A DNA stretch of 64,000 nt from Blastocladiella emersonii ATCC 22665. Taxonomy: Eukaryota > Fungi > Blastocladiomycota. Positions within the stretch are counted from its first letter, which is position 1; the number at the start of each line of letters is the position of its first letter. A model generated the notes under the pieces. That model worked only from the letters and a program-made list of their open reading frames with translations, was not told the DNA's origin and ran no database searches. The position numbers and the translations under genes were made by a program. The stretch is from positions 1,612,001-1,676,000 of the forward strand of contig JANHCV010000006.1 in the NCBI GenBank assembly GCA_025594325.1, given 5' to 3'. This document shows, piece after piece, positions 1-11,760 of the stretch.

Positions 1-1270
1 GCATGACGAAAACTCGAAGCATAGCTGCCGCAATTTCTGTTGGAACGGCAAGCGTGACCAGGCAGCCCAGCGTGCGCCCAGGCGAGGGCTGATTGATTTG
101 GGATGGAGGCACATGAGTAGCGGCCTCCGCAAGGGCGCAGGTCAACGCCATACATGGCTCATGGAGCTTGAGTTCCGTCAGGTTGTGGAAACTCGAAAGC
201 TTGAACAGGGAGGTGGTCATGCTCGCTTGAGGGCAAGCCGCCAGGGTGAGCGACTTGAGACGCGGAAAACGTTGGTCGGCGACTGCAACCTGGACGTGAC
301 ACCCGTCAAGAGCGCGAACCTGAGAGTTCGGATCTGGGCCCAAGTGCCCGATAATGGACGTGGCCGAGTCAATATTCAGCGTGAGCGAAGTGAGCTGGAG
401 GGGAAGCGTCCGCGGCAAGAGCTTGAGCTGATCGGGAGAGATCGACGTGACAACACCACTACGAGGTGAATTCTTAAACCAGTCGTAAGTTGCACCGACG
501 TCCAGCGTTTTGATTGTGGAATAGGCGGTGAGAAGTGTCCGCATCGTCGCCACGTCCAGATCGAACACGCGCAGTGTGAGGTGCTGAATGACTGGTAGCA
601 TGAGCGAAAGGTCACGGGCAATGCACAGACGACGAAGGTCGTGCCGCTCCTCGGTCAATCGACACGCAATACCGTCCTTAAGAGTGACTGTGCTTGCTTG
701 GGAGAAGGTGGAATCGCCGAGCACTGCCAAATCGGTTGCACAGCGCAGTTCCACATCGATCGAGGTGACGCGATCAGCAACGATCCCAAGAAGCTTGCGT
801 AAGGCCGCCGTCGAGTTATAGCGCTGAAGCATGAAGTGTTCGAGTCGGGTCGCCCGTTGCAGCAGGGAGCACAGCGCAGGGACTGCAGGATAAGACCGAT
901 AATCCCCACCTTTCGAGACCATGCAGTCGCGGAAGGCCGTGACGGATTGAACGAGCGCAGCATTGAGAGCGAATCCGCGTGATTGAAGGGAGCCGTCCTG
1001 GCCCTTGTTGAGGTATAAACCAGTTCGCGTAAGTGTAAAGATCTTTGAACGAAGCCCGCCTTCCTTGGTCAATACGCAATCTTCGAGTCGGACGTGCTTA
1101 GCAATCTCGGGCATGACGAGATGGAACAGTTCGCGGTGCGCGCGGGCCAAGGCGAGGAGCGATGCATAGTCCTTAGCGCGGCCTCGGTCCGCACGACCAG
1201 TGCAACGGATAATGATTCGCAAGATCTCTGTGGGAAGTTTGCATAGAGTGGGAGCCTGCATTTGATCCAT
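1..1270 (-). CDS. F-box/LRR-like protein, 3'-partial (runs off the left window edge; not in ORF track)
   Basis: Manual reverse-strand translation from the ATG at 1270 gives no stop down to base 1 (>=423 codons). It starts MDQMQAPTLCKLPTEILRIIIRC (F-box-like LxxLPxEIL). Later LRR-like repeats include IQHLTL, IKTLDV, LTSLTL, FPRLKSLTL and LTELKL. Confidence 0.7.
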   Translation of the reverse strand, partial: MDQMQAPTLCKLPTEILRIIIRCTGRADRGRAKDYASLLALARAHRELFHLVMPEIAKHVRLEDCVLTKEGGLRSKIFTLTRTGLYLNKGQDGSLQSRGFALNAALVQSVTAFRDCMVSKGGDYRSYPAVPALCSLLQRATRLEHFMLQRYNSTAALRKLLGIVADRVTSIDVELRCATDLAVLGDSTFSQASTVTLKDGIACRLTEERHDLRRLCIARDLSLMLPVIQHLTLRVFDLDVATMRTLLTAYSTIKTLDVGATYDWFKNSPRSGVVTSISPDQLKLLPRTLPLQLTSLTLNIDSATSIIGHLGPDPNSQVRALDGCHVQVAVADQRFPRLKSLTLAACPQASMTTSLFKLSSFHNLTELKLHEPCMALTCALAEAATHVPPSQINQPSPGRTLGCLVTLAVPTEIAAAMLRVFVM

Positions 1271-1390
1271 GTTGATACATTCGTGTCGAGGTCTCGAGAG
1301 CGAGGACGTTGAGCTGGGCGGTCAGGCGAGATAGCCTGGTTCTAGTGACTCGCTCCTGCCGCGTCCATCACACAACGGATCAATCAATAT

Positions 1391-3977
1391 TCATCGCGAC
1401 AAAACCGCCGACAGCACCGCGGCCTCCTGCCCCTTCTGCGCCGAGTACAGCGTCATGGCGAGGCACCGGAGGACCTTGACGAGGTCCGCGTCGCGGTCGT
1501 CGTCGCGCCACTCTACACACTTCGGTCAGTCTTCGCCCCGCACCGTCAAAAACAACCCATCGCCGTACCGTTGACCCAGTGCCCAATAAGCTGCAGATGC
1601 GCGCCGACCTCGCGCACCACGACCGCGGGCCGGTCGGCGTTGGCCTCGAGGACGACGAGGTACGCGAACAGGAGCGCGCGGCGCGCGACGGCCGAGTGCG
1701 CGGCGGGCATCAGGCTGAGCGCCCAGTCCCATACGTCGCGGACGAGGGTCCATGTTTCGGGAAGGTGGACTACAGGTCCGTTCGTATCAGTTAGATCGCG
1801 GGCGTGATGTGAGCCGATCCACGCAAACGGACGTACCGGTTGTGTACATCACGTTCGCGAGCGCGACGAGCCGCTGCTCGAACACCATCTCGTCCGAGTC
1901 AGCCGTCGCGAGGCCGAGGAGCGGGTAGACGAAGTGCGCGGCGATCCCGGCCATGCGGTTCGCGCGGCCGGCGGGCGGGCGCGAGGGGGTGAGGCGGCGC
2001 GTGGTGCGGCCGACGGCGCGCGCGACGGGAGTGTCGCGGATGGCGGGAGCGTCGGGGTCAGGCGAGGAGGCGGTTGGCGTGAGCAGATTGGGGAGGTCGG
2101 ATCCGCGCACAGTGTCGGCGATGGGGGGTGCGCCGAACGCGAGCCGGTGCGCGAGCAGCGCGACGAGGCGGAAGGCCTCGAGCTGCTTCGGGATCGAGAT
2201 GATGGCGCGCTGGTTGATGTGCTTGAGCAGCGCCCTACACGTCTTTGTCAGTTGCCGCTCACGCCGCGTCAGAAAGAGCCAGACGCACTGGATCGTGAGC
2301 ACGGGACACTTTTCCCCGACCGCGAGAATTGCCTGGATCCGCGCCTGCGTGAACCGCTTCTCCGCCCCGACCCTATCCGCACCCGCCTCCTCATCTTCAT
2401 CGTCGAACGGCGAGTGACAGTTGAGATGGAGGTGCGACACGAGCGCGTCAGCGACCCCCTCGACGTCAAACGCGGGCGTGGCGCGGACGCGGTCGGCGAG
2501 GGCGAGGACCACGTCGTAGACGAGCTGCACGTCGCGGTCGGCGTCGGTGGTGCGGCCCGACGGGTTGAGCGGGGTGGTCTTGGCCGAGGCGCCGTCGGTG
2601 CGCAGCACGTCAAGGCAGTCGCGCAGGAACAGCGGGATCGGTTTGGGTTTCGGCGGGAGCGGTGCCGCGGCGGCGGACGGGGCGGCGGGGACGTCCGTGT
2701 CCGAGTCCTCGTCGTCCGAGTCGGCGAGGGCGGCGGGGAGCCGACCGGGACGCGGCATGGTCGACGGCGCCTTGCTCGGCGTAGGAACGGGTGCAGGCGC
2801 GGTTGCCACGGCGACAGGTGGTGCGCTAGTCCACGCGCGCGCCTCATCGACGAGTCCGCGGAGATGTACGACCTCGGGCGCGTCGCGCGGGAGGCCAAAA
2901 TCAACCGCAGTCGGCAATATCCGCGCCGTGATTGTCTCAGCGAGGACCTGGGCGGGCACGCGCACCTCGGGCTCGTTGCTATTGAGGGCGACGCAGATGC
3001 CCGAGTACAGTGCCTCGTTGATGACGGGGACGTGCGGCGCGACGGCCGCGCACGGACCCGCCGGGCCCGCGACCTCAATGCACCCAGCGCACAGGAGCAG
3101 GGTCTCGGTGAGGTGCAGGAACAGGCGCGTCGAGTGCGAGGCGGCAAAGCTCGGGATGCCCCACATGTGCAGCCACGCGACGAGGTGCGTGACGACAAGT
3201 CCGTCGTCAAGGAGCGCGCGCACGATGGATTTGCGCGCGACCTGGTGCAGCGCGATGGCGTCGAGCGAGACGAGCGGGTCGAGGAGCGGCGCGGCGAGCG
3301 GGCGGGAGCATAGCGCGCGCAGCGTGGCGGAGACGCGGGCCGGAGATGTGGATGGGTCGGCGGCGGCGTGGGCGAGGGCGTCGAGGATGACGCGGTGCCG
3401 CACGGTGCTCCCGACGCGCGTCAGGACAGCGGGCCACGCGGCAGCAGGTGGTGCGGGACTCTGGCGGGCGAGGAGGTAGACGAGCGGCGCGACCGAGCCC
3501 TGCATCGCCATGATTTCGACGATGACAGCGATGCGGTCGGCGAGGTGCGGGTGGTCCACGAGCGCGTCGTTGATCCCCGCGGCGAGCCGAGTGGCGAACA
3601 GCCTATTCACGGTTCGTGATCAGCGCCGTGTGAGATCGGACCAGCAGAAGTCCGTACAGTGGCGCAAAGAACTCGGGCGCATCGCGTTGCATTAGGTTGG
3701 CGACGCGGGTCGGGATCGAGAGCACGGCGCGGGCGGCCTGGCGCTGTTCCGCGGGCGAGTCGGCGGGCCAAGCACTCAACCAGTCGGCGATGGGCGTCTT
3801 GAGCAACCACGCGCGGAGCCGGTCGAGCGTCGCATCGATGCGCTTGCGGTTCTCGGCGACGGCGAGGTCGGCGGGCCGCGCGAGGTCGGACACGAGGGCG
3901 AGGAGGGCATGGTGCGGCGAGTCTGTTACATGGGTTTGCATGGGGTCGGGCGTTGGCCCGTTGCGAGGGAGGTCCAT
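1391..3977 (-). CDS. TEL2: Telomere length regulation protein Tel2 (TTT complex), multi-exon
   Basis: Joins ORFs 3603-4244 and 1787-3610 via intron 3657-3603, with further GT-AG introns near 2.3, 1.8 and 1.55 kb. The last exons read WTLVRDVWDWALSL...AVLSR* (TGA at 1393-1391). The Tel2-type block PIPLFLRDCLDVL...FTQARIQAILAVGEKCP follows an acidic DSDDEDSD patch. Confidence 0.75.
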
Positions 3978-4278
3978 GGTGGCGCGGCGCGGGGAGCGGG
4001 AGACGCGTCGATCACTCGTGGAGGGACAAAACCGGCCGGTTCGCGTCACGCGATCGGCGCGTGATGCGGCGGAACGCGTTTCTTTTGGAGTTTTGGGGCG
4101 GCGGCGAAACCGGTGCAAGATTTCGCCGCCCTTGCATGGCCGCCGCGCCGCCGCCGCGCGGAAATCGCGGCGACCCGTTCGCGGCGACGGCGGCCGCCGA
4201 CCGCGGTTTTCCGCTCTCCATCGCGCCCCTTCTCCCGCTCCCACATACCACCGCTAAACGCCACGCTACGCTACTCTC

Positions 4279-6277
4279 ATGGATCCCACGGCCGCCGCTG
4301 CCGCCACCACGTCGCTGGCCGCGTCGACGGCCGCGTCGTCGTCGCGCGCCGGCGCCAAGGTCGTCGCCAACCTGCTGTCGGCCGAGACCTTCTACGAGAA
4401 CTTTCTCGAGCTGCTGGTGCGTTTCCCACGCGCTTTACTGACCACTGTCACCGTCAAGCTGACCGACCCATCCCCCGAAACAGGCCCAGCTCACGTCGCT
4501 GTGCCTGACCGATGAGGAGACCGAGTCGATCGCGTCGTCGCTCAAGCGGTTCCACGCCACGCTGCAGCGCGTGTCGAGCCGCTCGAGCATGTCGGGGTCG
4601 CCGACCGCGTGGCGCGTCGGGGGGAGCGGGAGCATCCCGAGCACGCCCATCGCCGACGACGATTCACCCTGGGAAGTCCCCAAACCGCTGCGGTGCCACC
4701 ACGCGGGGACGTGCGTCCAGCACTGCACGCGCGGGTGGCTGCGGTCGTTTGCCGTCGGGTACATGATCAAGTACGCGGTGGGCACGCTCCCGCTCCTGTT
4801 CTCGCCGCGCAAGCTGCTCGCGCGTCCGGACCTGCTGCGCCGCGAGCTCAACCGCGACACGGTCCAGTTCGCCCTGTTCCTGTCCTCGTTCACGTCCGGG
4901 TACAAGGCCCTGTACTGCGCCCTGCGCCGCGCCGTGACCGCCGTCTACGCCGCGCGCCCGCACTGGTGGGCCGACGCCGACCGGCCTGCTTTCCTCAAAA
5001 AGATCGCCGCGTTCCTCGCCGGCACCCTCGCGTCCGCCGCCATCCTGCTCGACCGCAACAAGACGCGCCGCACCGCCATCTGCCTCTACTTTCTCACCCG
5101 CGCCATCGAGTTCCAGACCAAGTACAACTTCACCGAGTGGCGCAAGAACCGCGAGCTGCGCCGTTTGGGGGATGCGAGCCCGCCGCCGCCGCTCGAGTCG
5201 GCCGACTCGGCTATCGGCATCACCCCGCGCGAGTCCGCCACCGCGTCGCCCGTCCCTCCCTCTTCGCCTCCTTCCCCCAAAACCGCCGTCTCGCGCGTCG
5301 ACCAAGCGCGCGCCTTCCTCGCCGCGCTGCTCAAGCGCATGGACGACAAGCTGCCCGACTTTCTGGCGGGTTCCGCGGGCGTCGTGACCATGATGCTCGC
5401 CTCCTCCCAGATCCTGTTCGCGTACGTGGCCATGCCCGACACGCTGGCGCAGTCGTACATGTCGTTCCTGCTGACGCACGGCGGGCAGCGGGACCGGATG
5501 GGTCCCTTGGTCGCGCACGCGCTGCGGCTCATGGGGCGGACCGTGTGGCGGACGTCCGGGCACGCCGACAAGGTGGACCTGTTCTGCCCGATGCCGCACG
5601 GCGCGGGGACGGGCGCGGGCCCAATGCCGCTGCGCGCCGGCGACCGGTTCAACATGTGCGCCATGATCCACCCGGACACGCCGTCGTGCGCGGGGTTCTC
5701 GGCGAAATGCTTCGTCACGTCGTTCATCCGGTCCGCCAAGCTGTACGCGCCGCTGAACCTGGCCATGACGCTGGTGCTCGGCAGCAAGCGCGCGCGCAAG
5801 GCGCCGCTGCAGACGATGGTGCGCCTCGTCACGTCGACGGTGCGCAGCAGCACGTTCCTCGCGGGCTACGTGATGACGGCGTGGACCGCGACGTGCATCT
5901 TCCGCAATGCGACGGGCACCGAGCACATCAGCTTCTACCTGGTCAACGGGATGCTGAGCGGCGCGTGGTCGCTGATCGAGGCCCCCTCGCGCCGCCTCGA
6001 GCTCGGCCTGTACTGCCTGCCGCGCGCCCTCGAGTCGCTGTGGCGCGCGCTCATCATTTTGGGGGTTCTGCCGCGGGTCCCGCGCGACGCGGCCGAGCGC
6101 GCCGCGATGCCGGTCGCGAAACGCGCGCTCGCGACCGTCCTCACCGACAAGCGCGTCGGCGAGCCCCTGTATTTCGCGCTGTCGACGGGCCTGCTCATGG
6201 CCCTGTACGAGGCCGAGCCGCATATCATCTCGCCCGGGTACAAGAACGTGATGACGCGCTTCTTCGGCGTCAACTGA
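4279..6277 (+). CDS. TMEM135-like peroxisomal membrane protein
   Basis: Exon 1 is 4279-4416, intron 4417-4483, then in frame with ORF 4571-6277. Motifs include FALFLSSFTSGYK, AICLYFLTRAIE and RRLELGLYCLPRALESLW, typical of TMEM135. Confidence 0.8.
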
Positions 6278-6323
6278 ATTCCCCTCTCAATACACACAAT
6301 GTTCTCGCGCTAGAATCTATTCC

Positions 6324-9113
6324 TCACGCGTACACGAGCTTGACGTGGCCAAACATCTCGGCCGCGTGGTGCTCGTTCCCGTCGTCGTGGTCGAGCGCCT
6401 CGGCGTGCGCGAGCGCCTGGTCCGCGCGCGAGCTTTCCTCATCCTCGTCCTCGCACACGCCCTCGGCGTTGACCCCGGACACGGCGCCCGCGCCGGCGTG
6501 CCCGGACACGAGCGAGATCCACTCGGCGTTGTGGAAGTGGAACTTTTCGATGCGGATCCGGCGTGCCCACTCGACCACCTGCGGGTCCGGCTCCCCGGCC
6601 ACCGCCAGGTCGCAGATCGCGTCGAGACACCGGTCGCACGCGGCGCGGATCTGCGGGTTGCGGTCGTACAGGAGGTCGATGAGGAACGCGACGAGGACGC
6701 CGTCCGGGATCGAGTGGAACGCGTCGTCCCCGAGATCCGTGCCCGGCGAGAGGTCGGGGAGCAGCTGCGCGCGCGTCGCGGGCACGTGCAGCAAAGCGTG
6801 GAACGCGACGAGCATCTGCAGGACCATCTCGTCGTCGTCCTCGCGCGCGCGCATCAGGCCCAAAAGGAGAGAAGGGATGCCGGCGGCCGCGAGCGGCTCG
6901 CCCATGGCGTCGTCGAGCGCGAGCGTGGCGACGAGCTGGACGACTTCGAGCGCGAGGTCGTCGTCCGGCGACGCCTTGGGCATCACGGCGGTCGTGCCCG
7001 GGAGGGCCAGCGTGTCCTCGGCGCGGACGGCCGCGAGGCGCGCGGCGATGTACGGCACGAGGTTGTACGCGGCGGCGAGTTTCGCGTAGTCCATGTCTGG
7101 TACGCGCAGGTTGGCGAGCAGACCCAGCACCTCGACGTGCACGTCGCGCGACGTGGACGCGACGAAGAGCGCCATGAGGTCGTCGATATGGTCGAGGAAC
7201 GCGAGGTGCAGGGCGGCGTGGGCGCTCATGTTGCGGAGCATCTTGAGCAGCAGGTAGTCGCGGGTCAGGACGAGCCGTTTCACGAGGAACTTGAGCCCGC
7301 CGTTCTCGGCAAACACCTCGGCGTTGTGCTCGTTGACGGCCAGGTTGATGGCCAGCGTCATGAGCTCGACCGACACGTGGTCGCGCGGGTACTTGAGGAT
7401 CAGCTTCATGACCTGCGGCAGCGCGTCCGTGTACGTGAAGATGGCCTTGGACCGCTCGTCGCAGCTGATCTGGTAGAGGAGGAGGAGGAGCTCCGGGCTC
7501 GTCTCGTCGTCGCGGTGCAGCACGTCCACGAGGTGCGCGACCAGGCCCATGCGCATCATCTCGTTGCGCCACTCGTGGTCGTGCGACAGGTTCAGGAACA
7601 CGCGCAGCACATCGTTGACGAGCGGCTACAGTCGAAGGGAGATCAGTTAGTGGCGGTTGAGCGGATGCGAAAGGCACACGGACCATGCTCGGGTGCTGGA
7701 CGAGCGGGACCAGCGTGCCGACGGCCTCGGGCTGCGCGCGGATCGCCTCGACGTTCTCGCGGAACTGCGTGAGCACGACGAGGAACTGGACCATGAGCTG
7801 AACGACGGCCGCCGAGTGCTGCGTGACGGTTGGGCGGTCGACGAGCGCGAGGAGGCTGCCCGTGATCCCGCGCTTGACCATCTTGGCCTGGATCGCGGGG
7901 TCCTCGGCGAGCTGGAGCAGGATCGAGATCGCACTGTACAGCACCGCGTCCTGGCGCGCGAGCACGCCGACGGCCTTGCGGGTCTCGGCAGTCGCAGGCG
8001 CCGCAGGATCGCGCAGCGCAGCGAGCGGTTCGCGCAGGACCGCGAGCCGCTTGATCTCGTAGTCGATCTGCTTGACGCACATGTCGCCGACCTTGTTGCT
8101 GGTCAGGACGCCGCGGAACTGCGGGCACAGGGCGAACTGGTGGAAGGTGCCGAGGATCGCGGCGCCGAGCTCCATGCTCTTGCGCGTATCCTCGCGCAGC
8201 GTGCGGGCGAGCGCCGAGAGCAGCGACTCGTTCCCCGCGAGGCTCTCGAGATGCTCGTGGTTCACGGCCAGCTTCAGGATCTGCCGCGTGCTCCGGATCG
8301 TCGTCGGCAGGTCCTCGTACAGCAGCTCGATGTACCCCTCGAGGTCCTCGAGCCGCGCGGGTTCGTCCGAGTCGGGGCTCGCGTCGCCCTCCCACACGGC
8401 GTCGGCCGCGAAGCTCGCGGCGAGGTTCGTCGCGCTTGACGAGACCGACGCGCGGCTCGGGCGCCGGGAACTTGCGGGTGGCGGTGCCGCGTTGGGCGAC
8501 GTGGACCCGGACGCGCGGGAGGACGACGACGGCGGGATGCGGGTCCCGGGACCGAGGTTGACGTTGCTCCCGCCGCAGTTGATCGAGTTGAGGCTGCCGC
8601 GGATACTCGACGTGCTGCCGCCGCCGCCGCTGTTCCCGCTGCTCGAGAGCGACCCGCCGCCGGGGGCAAGCCGGCCGGCGCTCCCGCGCGCAAGCAGCGA
8701 CTGCAGCAGGCCCACGACGCGGCCGACCTTGGACGGGTGGATCAGCTTGCACTTGGCGGCGATCTCGGCGGCGAGGGACGGTAGGTCCGTCGTTGGGGTC
8801 AGCGACTTGATGTGGATTCTAGTTGTGCGGGTGTCAGTCCAGGTTAGGGGTGGCAACGTGGCGAGCGTACACTTTCTGCGCCGGGATGGGCGGCTCGTCG
8901 GGGCTGTCACTGATCGTGTAGTGGACGACGAGCGCGGGTTCGTTCGGGTGGAGTTCAATGTCGCCGGGCGTCAAGCGTCTATCAACAACAACTGTCAGCA
9001 TCCATCATGCGATCCCAGCACTTGATGCACACTCACCGCTTCTTCCCCGCCGCGGCCGCGGCAGATCCATATCGGTCACTGACAGGGCTCCGCGATGGGC
9101 TGGCAGACGACAT
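6324..9113 (-). CDS. KAP3: Kinesin-associated protein 3 (kinesin-2/IFT accessory subunit), multi-exon
   Basis: The spliced N-terminus reads KKRRLTPGDIELHPNEPALVVHY. Other blocks are CKLIHPSKV, YIELLYED and DDEMVLQM...LIDLLYDRNPQIR..CDRCLD...IRIEKFHFHNAEWI, all matching KIFAP3/KAP. ORFs 6439-8958 and 6324-7610 are joined by an intron near 7.63-7.69 kb. Confidence 0.9.
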
Positions 9114-9445
9114 GGTGGTGCAAGTTTGCGGTCAAGGCTGCTTCATGAGCGAGTGAGGGTGGGCGCCAGCGTCCATGGTGCATGTCGAGGAGGGAATGCG
9201 ACCAGTCGCGGCCGCAGCTCGAGACAGGGTACTCGACGCGTCGTTTGAGCGTGAGACAGAGCGCGCGAGCGGTGCGAGACACGTCGCGGCGGACGCGTGC
9301 GGGTCAGGTGGGCGCCTCGAGCCACGTGTTGCTCGCGCCGCTCACTTCCCTCTGCGTTTTTCGCGGGTCGCCGCTCTCGCTCCCCTCTCCCTCATCGCAC
9401 ACGCACCACCGCGTGCACCACAACGCACCACAACGCACCAACACC

Positions 9446-11536
9446 ATGGAACACATCCGGATCGCCAAGGTCGACAACGTGCTGCTGATGAAGGGCAAGC
9501 GGGCGTACCTGGGGACGCTGCACCTGCTGGCGCACCAGCTCATCTTCCGGTACGCCGACTCGGGCGACGAGGTGTGGGTCTTCTACTCGACGGTCCACGA
9601 CATCGAGCGGCACCCGCTCAACGCGCAGATGCAGGTCACGCTCGACATCCACTGCCGCAACTTCCTGTTCATCCGGCTCCTGGTCCAGAACGAGGCCCAC
9701 GCCAACGACGTGCACGACTCGCTCGTCCGCCTCGTCCACCTCGACTCGCCCGACCAGTTCTACGCCTTCCACTTCCGCCTCGCCGCCGAGTTTGCGCCCG
9801 AAAACGACGGGTGGGCGCTGTTCGACCTGCGCCGCGAGTTCGAGCGCCTCGGCGTCGGGTCGCGCCACCCGGCCTGGCGCTTCTCCGAGATCAACGCCGA
9901 CTACGCCGTGTGCGGCACCTACCCGCGCGTGCTCGCGGTGCCCTCGACCGTGCTCGACTCGACGCTGCGCCACGCCGCAAAGTACCGGTCGAAAGGCCGC
10001 GTCCCCGCCCTGACCTACCTGCACCCGACGGGCGCGTCCATCTCGCGGTGCAGCCAGCCGCTCGTCGGGCTCAAGCAGAACCGGTCGCCTCAGGACGAGA
10101 AGCTCGTCGAGTGCATCCTGACCGCGGCCCGCGTCACGGGGACCTCCCCCGGTGTCGCTGACGGGAACCTGATCGTCGACGCGCGGCCCGCCGCCAATGC
10201 CATGGCCAACACGGCGAAAGGCGCGGGGACCGAGATCATGGAGTACTACAAGTGCGCGCGCAAGGAGTTCATGGGCATCGACAACATCCACGTCATGCGC
10301 GACAGCCTCGCGCGCATGATCGGCGTGATCCAGCAGGCCGAGATCGACGGCGCGCCCGTCGACCTCGCGGCCCTCGACAAGTCCGGGTGGCTGCGCCACG
10401 TCAAGCTGCTGCTCGAGGGCACCCAGGTCGTCGTCGACACGGTGGCCCGCGGCGCGCACGTGCTGGTCCACTGCAGCGACGGGTGGGACCGGACCTCGCA
10501 GTTCTGCGCGCTCGCCCAGGTGTGCCTCGACCCGTACTACCGCACGCTGGCCGGGTTCGCGGTCCTGGTCGAAAAGGACTGGCTCGCGTTCGGCCACAAG
10601 TTCAGCGACCGGTGCGGCCACCTGACGCCCGCCGCCGCCGACTCGGCGACCGCCGTCGGCGTCTTCGCCAAGCTCCAGACCAAGGTGATGCAGACGGTCG
10701 AGCAGCGCGAGGTGTCGCCCGTGTTCCACCAGTTCCTCGACTGCGTGTACCAGCTCGTGTGCGAGCAGCCCGCTGCCTTCGAGTTCAACGAGCAGTTCCT
10801 CGTCGACCTCCACTACCACGTCTACTCGTGCCAGTTCGGCACCTTCCTCTTCAACTGCGACGCCGACCGCGCCCGCGCCCGCCTCCGCGAACGCACCCAC
10901 AGCGTCTGGAGCATGATCCTGGCGGAAGCGGGCAAGTACACCAACCCGGGGTTCACCGGTGGCGACCGCAACGGCGAGCCGCGCACCGTCCTCTCGTGCC
11001 GCCCGCGCCGGCTCCGGTACTGGACCGGCCTGCTCAACTGCCCCGCCGACCTCGCCGTCGACATGGCCACGATGCAGCTCGAGACCCCCGGCACCGTCAC
11101 CACGCTCGGGAACACCGTGTCCATGGCCCCGCCGTCGCCGTCGCTCCCCGCGCCACTCCCCGCACCTGCCCTCGTCGTCGACGAGACCCTCGAGGCAAGG
11201 GACCCCGCCCTGTCCCCGCTCACGCCGCTGTCGCCCGACCCGCCCGCGTCCGCGAACAGCCTGAACGCGGCGGCCGCCGCTGCCGCCGCCGCCGCGACCG
11301 CGTCCACCGCGGCGATCGCCGACGGCGTGTCACGCCTGTGGTCGCGGTGGACGACGAGCCCGCCGACCAACGCCGTCGCGCTGCAGATGTCAGACCCGGC
11401 GGACCCGCTCGGCCACCAGGCGGGGTCGGTCGAGATCGCGACTGTCGCGGCGACGCGTGGGTCGCTGCGCCAGAGTAACGGCGCGTTGTCGGCGGGGTCC
11501 GGAGGCGGGAGTGGAAGTGGAACGCCGCCGCTGTAA
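9446..11536 (+). CDS. Myotubularin-related phosphoinositide 3-phosphatase (MTMR6/7/8-Ymr1 type)
   Basis: ATG at 9446 (MEHIRIAKVDNV). It has a PH-GRAM-like N-terminus, the catalytic motif HCSDGWDRT, and the blocks LVEKDWLAFGHKF and SPVFHQFLDCVYQL. Confidence 0.92.
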   Translation: MEHIRIAKVDNVLLMKGKRAYLGTLHLLAHQLIFRYADSGDEVWVFYSTVHDIERHPLNAQMQVTLDIHCRNFLFIRLLVQNEAHANDVHDSLVRLVHLDSPDQFYAFHFRLAAEFAPENDGWALFDLRREFERLGVGSRHPAWRFSEINADYAVCGTYPRVLAVPSTVLDSTLRHAAKYRSKGRVPALTYLHPTGASISRCSQPLVGLKQNRSPQDEKLVECILTAARVTGTSPGVADGNLIVDARPAANAMANTAKGAGTEIMEYYKCARKEFMGIDNIHVMRDSLARMIGVIQQAEIDGAPVDLAALDKSGWLRHVKLLLEGTQVVVDTVARGAHVLVHCSDGWDRTSQFCALAQVCLDPYYRTLAGFAVLVEKDWLAFGHKFSDRCGHLTPAAADSATAVGVFAKLQTKVMQTVEQREVSPVFHQFLDCVYQLVCEQPAAFEFNEQFLVDLHYHVYSCQFGTFLFNCDADRARARLRERTHSVWSMILAEAGKYTNPGFTGGDRNGEPRTVLSCRPRRLRYWTGLLNCPADLAVDMATMQLETPGTVTTLGNTVSMAPPSPSLPAPLPAPALVVDETLEARDPALSPLTPLSPDPPASANSLNAAAAAAAAAATASTAAIADGVSRLWSRWTTSPPTNAVALQMSDPADPLGHQAGSVEIATVAATRGSLRQSNGALSAGSGGGSGSGTPPL

Positions 11537-11589
11537 ATATATAGGATACCGGACTGGATTTGCAAGCAAAAAAAATATCTGCGAGGAGA

Positions 11590-11760
11590 CTCGGGTATCA
11601 GACTGTTGAGCGGCGGCGCGGACGAGCAAGAGGTCTGCGAGTTCGCACCCAAAGTCGTTGACCCTGACTGCAAGTTCGACGCGTCTCCACTTCATGGCCA
11701 CGCAGAGGACGATCCGACGCCCGCCATAGTCTCGCCACGTTCGTGTATGATAGTTCACGT
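11590..11760 (-). pseudogene. Decayed duplicate of the extreme C-terminus of the FNIP-like gene
   Basis: Translates as ...VAMKWRRV...VNDFGCELADLLLVRAAAQQSD, versus the FNIP-like end ...AAAEWRV...VADLLGCDPADLPLVRAVAEQFDV*. The DNA aligns by eye with 14385-14460. Confidence 0.55.
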
